Source of the DNA: Tubulanus polymorphus
Lineage: Eukaryota > Animalia > Nemertea
DNA length: 64,000 nt
Direction: 5' to 3'
Assembly (NCBI RefSeq): GCF_964204645.1
Contig: NC_134025.1
Span: forward strand, 19,815,101-19,879,100
Under the pieces are notes generated by a model. The model did no database searches, had not been told where the DNA came from, and was given only the letters and a program-made list of their open reading frames with translations. Shown in pieces: positions 20,524-32,000 of this stretch. The position numbers and the translations under genes are program-made. How positions within the stretch are numbered: the first letter of the stretch is position 1; every line of letters starts with the position of its first letter.

Positions 20524-20780
20524 ATTGTTTTTGACTTGAATGGCATCGTTTTGAATCGTATGACTTGGATCGGATGGCGATAGACAGCTGATAATTATAA
20601 ACCTACTTCTTCGAAGAAGGTTGTGGGAACGAATATTAGAATACGTGAAAAGATGTATTTATTCGAATGTATACAGAATTCTAGAAACCCGAGTAGAAGC
20701 TCGAAATTTATTCTAATGCAAATGCATTACAGTCGGATGACTTAAATCGAATGTGGCTGTGAACGATCAGCTGACGGACG
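20524..20780. promoter_or_regulatory. Probable bidirectional promoter and 5' UTRs shared by ashwin (-) and TAF13 (+)
   Basis: Only 257 bp separate the two divergent start codons; inferred from gene geometry, TSSs not seen. Confidence 0.6.
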
Positions 20781-20840
20781 ATGGCCGAAGTGAACCAGCA
20801 GCACAGTTCGGCTCCTAATAATACTGAGACAAATGAACAG
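20781..20840 (+). CDS. TAF13: TAF13 exon 1 (MAEVNQQHSSAPNNTETNEQ)
   Basis: acgATGG context; donor CAG|gtaagt; phase 0. Confidence 0.75.
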
Positions 20841-23800
20841 GTAAGTAGGCGACCGATAAATTGATTGCAACTTGGCTTGGGGACGTCGGGAAGCCTACCA
20901 GTAAGTTTTGGTAGGCCTGATGAAAAAAATCGATATCGCGATTGATAGTGGACAGCTCAAGTCAAATTCAAATTTCTTTATTGATCAGTATTCTTTATCG
21001 AAGAAGTAGTATCGTTAGTCTAGTACCTAGCCGTTGTTCCTCAAACAGTTGTAGGGAACCGTAACAATAACGACTGGTATTCAGACTATAGTATAGTCAC
21101 AGCACAGGGCTTGTAACCTGGCTTTGATTATATTTCCGGGTTGTTGTATATAATTTCGCGAGAATGGGCAATGGCGCTAAATTTGAACTGCAAATAAATT
21201 CTAAATATCATGGAAATACCTTGTCTTATGTTGTTGACTTGGTCTACTTATAGTTAGTATGCTAGGAAAAACTGTGTTTGGCGAGAAAAATTCGTAGCTC
21301 TTGCGTATAAGATTGAAACGACCTCGATTGGGGGTGACGTCTCTACGAGCGAATGTGATTGGCTGTTTTTGGGATATAGGAGGAATTCCAGTGCTATTAA
21401 AATAATTATGGGAAAGCCATAATGGCGAACATTTCATTTCTGTACGCTCGAGAATTCAAAATGCTCATTGCTGGTGAGAATATAATTATTTCAGATACCG
21501 GGGTATCCGCCATAGGTATTGTTTCATGCGCTGTGTTTTCTCTTTGATAGAATTTGTAATGAATTGTAATTTCTTGTGACCTGAAAATACTAAGCAGCAA
21601 ACTATGTATAGGTCGAGGTCTGAATATAATAGTGGTAATATCCAGGATTTAACCCATTAGCACTCACATCGCCCATATCCGCCCTGCTTATTACTCCTCA
21701 AGCCGCCCGACTAATCCCCCCTGGCACGTTTTTAGTATGCCGCACAAAATCGGTTATAGGCCTAGTGGGATTCAAACCCAATAGCTTTTGATAACCTACA
21801 CACCTAAGTCCTCGAAATTCAAAACAGAAATCAACATCCTCCTATTTCTATTTCGAGTTTAAACATTACGCATTTGTGCACTCACTTCAAACAACCTCTA
21901 GCTTTCAAGGTAAACCACACTTCGCCCATTGGCAATTTATTATGAGGCTAGCGTTAGTCTACCGAATGTCTAAGGGAGTGGATACAGGCAGCAGATTGAC
22001 AGCTGCATATATGAAAATTGATAATAAAATAAAATATTATTCAGAGAAACATGAAAATTTTCATTGTATTTAAGTATGCATTTCTTTACGTACGTATAAC
22101 ATCTCTTACGAAAATAAGCAAATTTTTTTAATACATGCATAGAGTTCTATGGATACATGTTATTCGAAATATGCGCAAGTCAGACCAAAAAGGTCCTAAG
22201 GGATCCGGCTTATGTGTACCGTTTCGTTACTGTGCTGTCATCTAGAGTTGAAGAAGTGCAATGAAATTTTGAATCCATCGTGTTTTAAACATAAGAATTT
22301 GTGTTTAATTTCAATTGTGTTTAATTTCAATTATATATCTTAAATTTTGTCTTGTTTTTAGTTTGAAGCTGATGAAGATGATCTTGAAGATGACACCCCA
22401 TTAGAAAAAAGAAAGAAAATATTTTCGAAGGAGTGTAAGTCGACCTGCATTGAGTCAAAATGTTGGCGAGTGGATATTGTGCTGACGAGTTAATATTATT
22501 ACACCGATACACATATTTACTCATAGCTAAATCACATCGAGGGAGGGGAAGTCAAGAAAACTGAGCACAAAATTCAGGATTCGATCTTGCATATATGGCT
22601 AGCATAGCATGTCCCATAGACTCCCATTGCAAGTTGAGAGTAGGTTTAGGATTACAGTTAGGTTGAGGGCTGGGTCTAGTGGGAGGACGCTGCACTAGCA
22701 CACAGTAGGCTGTTGTTCAAATCCTGATTTTTCACTAATTTCTCTTTTCTTGAAATCTAGCACCTGTTGCTGGCATGTGCTATGTCAGTAAAGCCCCAAC
22801 ACACTATGCGATTTTCGCTGCAAACTTATCCCACAGAGCAGAGCGGACACACCTATGCGATCAGCTGTTATTGACCTCATGCGGAGTTCGTGGTCATGTG
22901 ATCAAACAGATGGCTGCGTCCAGGAAACTTCAAATTGTTGTTGTTGTTGCTGGTCATTGATTGGTTCAATTTCAAGTGGTTCGCGGCGAAATTTGTATCT
23001 CACGGTCACGCTGTGTGAAAATATTCGCTGCGATAAAATTCTCCGCGAAAATATCAAACATGTTTGATCGGTGCGATTTTCGCATGCGACGGGTCGCACG
23101 CGTATTATCAAATTTTGAAATTATTCCTTTTATATTTTTAGTCGTAATAATCTGGATAATTTCTATATTCCAGTACGTTGTATGATGTATGGTTTTGGAG
23201 ATGATCAAAACCCGTATACAGAAACTGTTGATGTCCTAGAAGACCTGGTCATAGAATATATTTCAGAAATGGTAAGTAATCCTCACATTTGCTCATTTGA
23301 TTTATTGATACGCATGCGTCAGACTTAGTCTACCAATGTGATCAGTATTTGTTTTCATTTGAATCAGCCATAGTCAAATATTAGAAAGTCCTGATTTGAT
23401 TAAGACCCTATTTTATTGTGACTTAGAAAGTCTTGTCGGTTCATTGTCTTTTGGTTTTGGTGGCTCAGAGAATGGCCAAATCATCATTAGGCAACTATTC
23501 TGGGTGGACTTTGTTTGTTTTGGCATCTCCTGAGAATATTCTTCGTGGAGTGACTACATAAAGTGACTCCATGATTAAAGGCTATACAACTATTAGTGGT
23601 CATTGGCATTTTCACAGATAAGGCCTATACCATAATCATACGAAGTGTGTGGTAGTGTTTATGCTGTGATGTTTACTGAAGAGTTCTGTAACAAACAACA
23701 CAATTCACAACTAAGGGATCCCAACAGTAGTTACAAAAAAAATCGGAAATCAATTTCGCCTCATTCTGTCCTCGCTAGCGCCGTAGGCGCGAAGACACGT

Positions 23801-25520
23801 TTCGAAAATTTTTGAAATTTGAGGCAATTTCCGGGCATCTGAGAAATTCTCGGGACCGGAATCCAGGAAGAAAGACACTCTAAATATTTGGATGGATATA
23901 TGAAAGCTGTGGGTACTGGAGTGTTTAATGGGTAGTGTAGTGTGATCTGTGTGCATTTGTGGCCAGCACACAGATCACATTGTTCAATGGGGTTTGGTCC
24001 AGGACTCGCAAGATTTTCAACAACACGAAAGTAACGTGTAATAAATGACTTGAATTGCATGACTACCTACCACCCCTCATTATTGTTGGAAAACTAAACG
24101 TTCGGCACTGACTAAAAATTAGTAATTACATTTTAGAAATGGCCAGAATTTTAACTTAGGTTCTATCTCATTTTTATTTTACAATTGCGATTGGTATAAT
24201 TTTTTTTTAAACGGCCGTTATTAGGCTTCATGTTTCGTTTGCAATTCACTGCAAATAGTTACGCAACTATGCACATTTCAGTGTTTTTGGCAGCTGTACA
24301 CTCAATCGGCACCGTTCGTGACTAGCTTCACTGCGGAATTATCATTAATTAACATCGCCATATCACATCATCAACCTATATTGTGCCTTAAAACCCTAAC
24401 AGCCGAAATAATTGAAATGCACACACGATTTCTATCATTGAAAATTGAGAGTGGCCATGTTTGTTTGCTGCTTTGCGTAAATCCCGCGCGGTGGCGCAAC
24501 CGCGCGGAGTGGGGCCAATACGTCTAGCAAAAATTAAATGATTTATAACAAATGTATCGAACATTGGTGGTTGAAATCTTCAAACAAACAATTGAAAGCG
24601 GGTTCAAATCCTTGAAGCAGCAGCTATTTTTCTCTGTAGAAAGATTTTTCAATAGTTATAATTAATTTTATTCGAATATAAAAAAATTCATTTACGGGCA
24701 TTTTGGATCCATTGGTATTGATTTATTGAATAGTTTTGAATGACGATATGTATGCATCATGCGCACGTCAGTCTGATCATTACTGCTGTGCGCTGATCAA
24801 TAGACCACGTGCATGCAGTAATGTATAGATGCTGCTCACTAGTGTTAGGCGCATATATGAATGCTATCGTACATCGTTCCACTATTTCCTTCGTCATATC
24901 GTGTCAGCACGTGGCCGCCTACAATACTATACTTCAGTACACAGTACAGTATCGATTTTCTAGATGTACGCTCAGGCTAGCCACGGCAAGTCGACTATTA
25001 CGGAACTCGTAACCACAAGTGGCATAACCGATCATAACCCCCTTTATTTTAACATCAAATCTTAATCGATCTCAGAGACCATAAAAAATTGTCGTCGGAA
25101 TTCCGATTAAAGTTGGAAGATTGGGATCCCTGCAACTTAGAAGGGAATGATGCTCCTTGAAGAACAGAGCTTCAGAAAAAAAGCCGAGCTACATATCAAA
25201 TTCCCTGACTTTTCCCTGATTTTGAAGAAGAGAGTCAGTATTATCAAAAATAAATCTGGAATTTGCAGATTTTCCCTGATCTGTAAGAGCACTGGAAGGT
25301 CTTTGTTTCCTGTTTCAATTTGCACAGGTTATGATGTTTTTTACAGACTAAAAAAGCGATGGATGTCGGACGTCCGGGACGAATTCAGGTCGAGGATATA
25401 ATATTTCTCATTCGTAAAGACGCTAAGAAATATTCGCGAGTAAGAGAATTGCTGATGATGAACGAGGAATTGCGTAAAGCACGCAAGGCGTTTGACGAAG
25501 TCAAATACGTGACTAAATAA
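20781..25520 (+). CDS. TAF13: Transcription initiation factor TFIID subunit 13; join(20781..20840,22362..22434,23174..23271,25347..25520), 134 aa
   Basis: Phase-consistent exons give ...EKRKKIFSKE-LRCMMYGFGDDQNPYTETVDVLEDLVIEYISEM-TKKAMDVGRPGRIQVEDIIFLIRKDAKKYSRVRELLMMNEELRKARKAFDEVKY, the TAF13 histone-fold signature. Confidence 0.96.
22362..22434 (+). CDS. TAF13: TAF13 exon 2
   Basis: tttttag|TTT GAA...GAG T|gtaagt; FEADEDDLEDDTPLEKRKKIFSKE. Confidence 0.9.
23174..23271 (+). CDS. TAF13: TAF13 exon 3
   Basis: ttccag|TA CGT TGT ATG ATG TAT GGT...ATG|gtaagt. Confidence 0.95.
23713..25132. mobile_element. hAT5-like non-autonomous element in TAF13 intron 3
   Basis: TIR (A)AGGGATCCCAA / TTGGGATCCCTG with 5-bp duplication CAACT on both sides. 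Confidence 0.65.
25347..25520 (+). CDS. TAF13: TAF13 exon 4, stop TAA
   Basis: ttacag|ACT AAA...AAA TAA; AATAAA at 25581. Confidence 0.95.
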   Translation, partial: TKKAMDVGRPGRIQVEDIIFLIRKDAKKYSRVRELLMMNEELRKARKAFDEVKYVTK

Positions 25521-25770
25521 CATATTTGAATTTAAGGATGTAAATAGAAACTCAACTGTTACTCTTATCCATGTGGTGTAAATAAAATATTTTATGTTTG
25601 CTATGTAACAATTTAGTACTCTTCTCCGTCATATGGACCACTGGAGCTAACAACCTCCATTTATTGCGATTTATATTGATTGTGTTAGTCAGCTCACTAA
25701 GGAGTGAGCCTGGTCGTGGCATGTTCTGATTTACATCCAAGATAGCGAATAAAATGGCCCAAAATCAAAG

Positions 25771-26076
25771 CAAGGTTCCCACAGTTATATGAATTAAAGA
25801 TTCCCAAGTATTTCATTGGTGATTTTTCAATTTTCCCAAATGGAAATGAACAGATATCATCATACTACAGTTACAACATTTAAGTGGCGACTGGGTGATT
25901 AAAAGGTGATTCCCGGGGGAAATCGCTGAAGAAAGTTACCCTTGGCAAATGCGAAATGTAAATGAATTTCCCAAAAAATTCCCTGATTCGAGGAAAATTT
26001 TTCAAATTGCCAAATACTTCCAAACCGGGAATTATTATTTCAAAATTCCCAATTTCCCTGTTCTGTTGGAACCATG
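25771..26076. mobile_element. hAT-like MITE (same family as 13310..13619)
   Basis: CAAGGTTCCCA...TGGAACCATG termini; interior similar to the first copy. Confidence 0.7.
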
Positions 26077-26366
26077 CAAAAGGTTGCAATCGTCTTGTCT
26101 AATGGCACAAACATGTTGGTGTCATAAAAATGGGTCCCTAATTGGTGTTCATGTGAATGACATAACCATTATCTGTGGTTTCCAGATTTTGAAGCAATGC
26201 CGCGGTAAATCTTGTTGAAGTCCAACGTTTCTCAAGTGCTCTTTCTTTTTTAGCGGTCACGGTCTAACAATCCTAACGCTCCTGATATATCAGATGAGTT
26301 TTTCGATCAGTCAGTTGTCATGTAATCCGTGTCTGTCATCAGTCCTCAATCATAGATGAAATAAGG

Positions 26367-27007
26367 TTTTTAGCCCACTTGGGACTAGTCCCAGCGGGCT
26401 ATTGCGTTCACCTTTTTTATGCCGTCGTCCGCAGACGGAATCCAGTTATTTTGGGAAGTTTTGAAGACGCTTCAAGGTAATGTCTTGATATTTGGTTTAT
26501 ACATGTATGGCTGCCAGTCGGCCATCTTGATTCTGGCAGGGCCAGTTTTTGGGCTGAAGATGTGTCTAGGGTAGATACATGTGTAACCCAAATATCAAGA
26601 CATTAACTTGAAGCGTCTTTAAAACTTCCCAAAATAACTGGATTCCGTGTACGGACAGACGATGGATGAAAAGTGCAATTTTTGTTATGCTGATGGGCCC
26701 TTGGGGGATTCAAATGTATACGAAAGATCAAGGTAATTGATCAAAGCGTCTTCAAAATTTCCCACAAAAAGTGGTAAAAAGTGCTGATTTTGGCGAACAA
26801 CAATGGCTGCAAGTCGGCCATCTTGATTCTGGCCGGGCCAGTTTTTGGGCTGAAGATGTGCTAGGGTAGATACATGTGTAACCCAAATATCAAGACATTA
26901 ACTTGAAGCGTCTTCAAAATTTCCCAAAATAACTGGATTCTGTCTACGGACGGACGAAAAGTGAACGCAATAGCCCGCTGGGACTAAAGTCCCAAGTGGG
27001 CTAAAAA
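26367..27007. mobile_element. Fold-back composite of HINE 5' ends
   Basis: tttagcccacttgggact at the left end and agtcccaagtgggctaaa at the right end; core segments in opposite orientations. Confidence 0.8.
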
Positions 27008-27319
27008 GCACTTTTGGAACGAAGATACTGTGGCAGATGGCAGTGAGTGAATTAGGCAAATAATCGAACACAAATTACGTTACAGAAAATCGTACACTTT
27101 TACAGCAGATAATCGAGGGTAGACTGTATTTCCAATTCGATCTAAAAAGTGAAAGTTCTCATCATTTGGATAAGCCATCAATATAATTATCCTCCCATAT
27201 ACCATTCGACTTTTACCATAACTGCATAAGTTATTCTGCTCACAGGGAAGCACTAGGTTTTTCCAACAAATGTATATGATGCAATAACTAAAAAATATGT
27301 ACCATATGAAAATTCATTT

Positions 27320-27348
27320 AATATATATATATATATATATGTATATAT
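27320..27348. repeat. (AT)n microsatellite
   Basis: atatatatat run. Confidence 0.85.
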
Positions 27349-28930
27349 TCATATCATATTGAAATACAAATACTAGTTATTAAGCAGCAACTGGATGAAG
27401 GTAGTTACGAGATTTGGTCAAGATATAAAAATAGCACTTGTAGTAACTTCATCTATCAATGGTTCACCTAGAATTAACATAAGCCCTTGAAATTGCGTAA
27501 TTAAGAAGAAATTCCACGATGAATACCGTACTTATTTTTAACATCAAATACGAACAATCTGGAACATGAGAAATTCAAAACCACCTTTTTTCAGAAGAGC
27601 AGTTACCATACATGTATATACATACACAGTAAACCTTGACTAATTCGGACTTTCAACTAACTCAGACAAAAGCGAAATTATCTAATGACTTCCTAAGGGC
27701 GCATTTTCCGGTCCATGTATGCCCAGCAGAGTAAGGTGAGGTATACTGTATGTATATATGCACCAAAATGAATATCACTATCATCAAGTACATCAAATAT
27801 AATACCACAAAATTAAGTAGTTTTAAACTTTTTGATAATTAATGAATAACATTTATAAATTTGAATAATATGAAAAATTTTTCGAATAACATAATACATG
27901 ATTAATATTATCTACAAGTGCTTTAATAAATACTGATTTAACATTACAGTTTAGTTAAGTAGATAAATTATGAAACAACTTGTATTACCTTTTGGGAATA
28001 ACACGACACTAGTTTGCCAAAATTGGTTTTTTACAGTGGAGATTCCTGCACAAATTTAAGTCAATCAATCAGATATTTATAACGAAAATTTAATGAATGA
28101 ACAATATCTTTAAACGTTCTTTCTTATATGGCATCATATTGAAAGAATGAACAATAAAAATAGCGAGAAAGACAGATTAAATACATCAACAGAATTCCTA
28201 CAATATATTTACAAGACTAGTATTTTCAACAATTGAAGATATTAAAAGATAAAAGTGCATGAGGTACCACTCAACAATTAGTGCGTACGCACAGACTGGG
28301 CTGAGGGGGTCTATGAAAGAAGCTTACATATGCGTAAGGGGGGGGGGCTCAAAGCGCATTGGTACATGCACACACATACACTATCATTTGTACGGGTGTA
28401 TACTAATTCTATTGTAATTTGTAAGTAATGATTATAACACCTGTAACAAATTACTTATGAAACTGGCAAAAAGAATCCAATAATGTGAAAAGGAACGATA
28501 TGTGATAACAATGGGTACTCTTTAAGAAATCAGCCAATTTTGTGCATTCCTATCTCATTGAATGGTCCCTCATGCAAAATGTTTTACAGCCATCATGAAA
28601 GCAGCCATTTTCTCATAATCCGAGAAAGCAGTTGACAGGCTAGCAGAAGTGCATGAGGTTCATCACCCTCGACAGAAAATAAGTGTTATTGGCCACAAAA
28701 AGAAAAAATGTAACCTCAGTGGATGATAATAACAATTCATATACAATATACATATATGAATAGAATAAGACTATTCTAGAATAAAAATGAATAGCAGTTC
28801 AGCGTTTGACCACTTTATAATAAGATAAGATATGGTAGAAGGCATCAAGACTGCTTGGCACATTCTGATGCCATCTTTATATACTTCAAAAACAAAAACT
28901 TTCTTGATTGACAATATTGTTATTTATAAT

Positions 28931-29070
28931 TCACACTCTTCTGTCCATGTTTGGACGCAAATTAAGACTGCCCTCAATCCATGTATTTGGACTGCTCATC
29001 ATATTTTGCCACATAGCAATTTCTTCACCGCGAGCATCCATCCAGTCAACGCGAGTATTGTCGGTAATAC
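28931..29070 (-). CDS. SYTL5: SYTL last exon (VDWMD...[16 protein letters not shown])
   Basis: tttcag|GT ATT...GTG TGA. Confidence 0.9.
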
Positions 29071-32000
29071 CTGAAATACAAAGATACATGAATAAGCCCA
29101 GGATCCAGTTAACAGTCGTGAGTCGAGAGTCAAAGTTATTTCCTAACCCCATCTGCTGTAAGTCAAGCAACTACAGATATTGAATTCTATCCCCATAGTT
29201 GTATATGTATTGCGTGATGGATAAATAACCCTGATCATTCATGGGTACGCCCAGGCAAAAAGACTAGGGGTGCAGTGCAGCTCAAGAAGAGCACCACAAC
29301 TTGCAAAGGTGGTGATAGTCACCATGCAAGGAGATTTTGGGATTTTCTGGGTACCCAAATAATTTACACTATTACAAAGCATTCTGGTCGATATTTTTAT
29401 CAGATGGGATTTTTTGCTCATCTAAAAACTACACTGATAGGGAGTACACACCCCCATTATCACCTGACTCTAGAGCCGCCTCTTACATTTCCAAAGTAAT
29501 CTGTCTTCATTAATACCTTTAGAGATTAAACACATAAACTAGCGGTTCAGGCACACCATGGCCGCTTAATGCTTGGCTATCTGACAATTTCAATATTCAA
29601 TGCTCCCTGGTGGACATATACAGTAACTAATCACCTAAACTCACCAGACCATAATCATGAGCAACAATTTTGCCATCTATATTTGTAGGCCTATACAATG
29701 TATATGCAATCTAAACATATCTATAGAAATACAATTTTTTTTCCAATTATCAATGCCCTTTGGCAACAGTGAGCATATATATACACATGCATAGAGAAAA
29801 CGATGATCTTGATATTCAGCAAATCGGCACCATCAAAGAAAATATTATGAGCTACGAAGTTGCAATCAAATATTTTTATGATATACTGCTAGGTACCAAT
29901 ACAGAGGGAAACATTGTAAATAATTCGATATTTAACGATAACAGTGCTAACAATGATCAATTGTCAAGACTATAACCAGGAAATCAAAAGTGATTGACCT
30001 TTTCATCGAAAATCTTTTTCAAATAGGGTGTTACATGTATAAACCAAATATCAAGACAATCCATTGAAGGGTCTTCAAAATTTCCCCAAATAACTGGATT
30101 ACATCTACGGACAGATGGATGAACGCAATAGTTGCTGGGATTAGTCCCAGTGGGCTAAAAACATAACATTACCTAATCCTAGATTGAGGCGAATTCCTCC
30201 GAGGAACTGATTACTTCCAATACGATCATAGTCCCAAATAGTAAGTTCAACACATTTGTCTTTCAGCTCTTCATGGGCTATGTCTTCAAACTTCATCAAT
30301 ATATTCCATTCAGGATTACAGTTGTGTTTGATCACAGGTGTTTTCTGTTTGGTTGTTCGTTTTTTATCCGGAAGCAAGTAACTACAAAATAACATTTGAT
30401 GAGTAAAACAATTATTATCTATATATATATATTTATATACATTTGTATAACGATAAAGGAGTGGTGAAATTTCACATCAGGTTATATCAATTATGGTTCA
30501 ACGACTGTAGGACAGAATTTAATCGTTCGTAATGCAGATGCATGTCTAAATATAAAGACACCAGTAGGTCTTACCCTTTGCAAAAAGGATCTGATGTTCC
30601 ATTTGCACGAACTGATGTCAGGTTACGAGCTGCTTTGACGCACACATGAAGTTCACCATTGCTGTCTACTTGACTAACATCTGTTATATTCATCTGATCT
30701 TGTGTCACATACTTAATGGCCAAGATAAGGTCACCTTTATAGGCAAGATAAGACATTGGTGGGTGTTTCTAAAAAATAAGGTAATAATCATTTAACCAAC
30801 TAGTTATATGATGAACTTATTGATTTCACAGTGAAAAGCTCAATATAAAAAAAATGTCAGGAACTGCAAGAAAGGTTTCTTTAGAAGTAGACGCATGTAT
30901 AGTAACATAAAATTCTGAAATATTCGTTTTGCAAGTTAAGCATGACCATTTTTTCCCCGTAGGTTTTGCTTTTGAGTGATTTCTGTCCCATTTGCATGTG
31001 CGTAGCATATAATCCAGAACACGAAACAAAAAATAAACTTAGGATAAATTTCAATAGCATGTATTACGTAGGGCAGAACATCTGCATTTTTGTAACAGAC
31101 ATCAACATTCAAGACCCTTCAAACTGGCATCTTTAGGCTTCATTTTTCCAATTCATAGTTAGTATCCATTAGGCATATTATTATATCATTATATAAATAT
31201 GGTTAAACTTTGGTCTTGTGATCTCTTTACTTGTAGAGCGCTTAGGTGTCATGCAGATGTTATTGTATAGAATGTTGGGGAGTTTTTTTTAGTAATAAAC
31301 TAATGGATAGAGATGATATTCTGGGGATACACGGGTTAGTTTAGTAGATTTGGGGGGAAGTTAGAGAGGTTCAGGGAGAGAAGTTACGTTTAGTGAGAGT
31401 TGTAATGCCCCCTCCCAATTTTCATTGAGGCAGGGCATTCTTATTCTTTTATTTTATTAACACTTCTTTTATTTTATTTACACCTAAACCAATTACAGAT
31501 ATTAGAAGGACAAGACATAATTTAAAGATTTAATAACAAGGTAGACTAGGGGTCCAGGGACACCATGCCCACTTAGGAAATGGTTTCAGACGCTCAACAA
31601 TTTACACTTCTTTTATTTTATTTACACCTAAACCAATTACAGATATTAGAAGGACAAGACATAATTTAAAGATTTAATAACAAGGTAGACTAGGGGTCCA
31701 GGGACACCATGCCAACTTAGGAAATGGTTTCAGTCGCTCAACAATCTAACAAATTCAATATTCAATGCCCCATCCAATGACCTTGAAACTCACCACAATC
31801 ATAGAACATGTCAGCTGCTTAAATTTTGTATTTAATTGTGGTGACAAAATATGCCTCGTTACCAATATGATATGAAAATACTAAGTTATTCTACTTTTCA
31901 ACGCCCCAAGTGACCATAAGCAAAGCCCAATGACCTTGAAACTCACGCTAATTAAAGAACATGTCATGAGCAACAACTTTGCAATTGATCATGGTAACAA

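Noticed and set aside
30826-31029. KWSCLTCK as a SYTL FYVE-type zinc-finger exon
   Set aside because: It lies between the C2A and C2B exons (wrong position), has only one CxxC, and lacks convincing splice sites.
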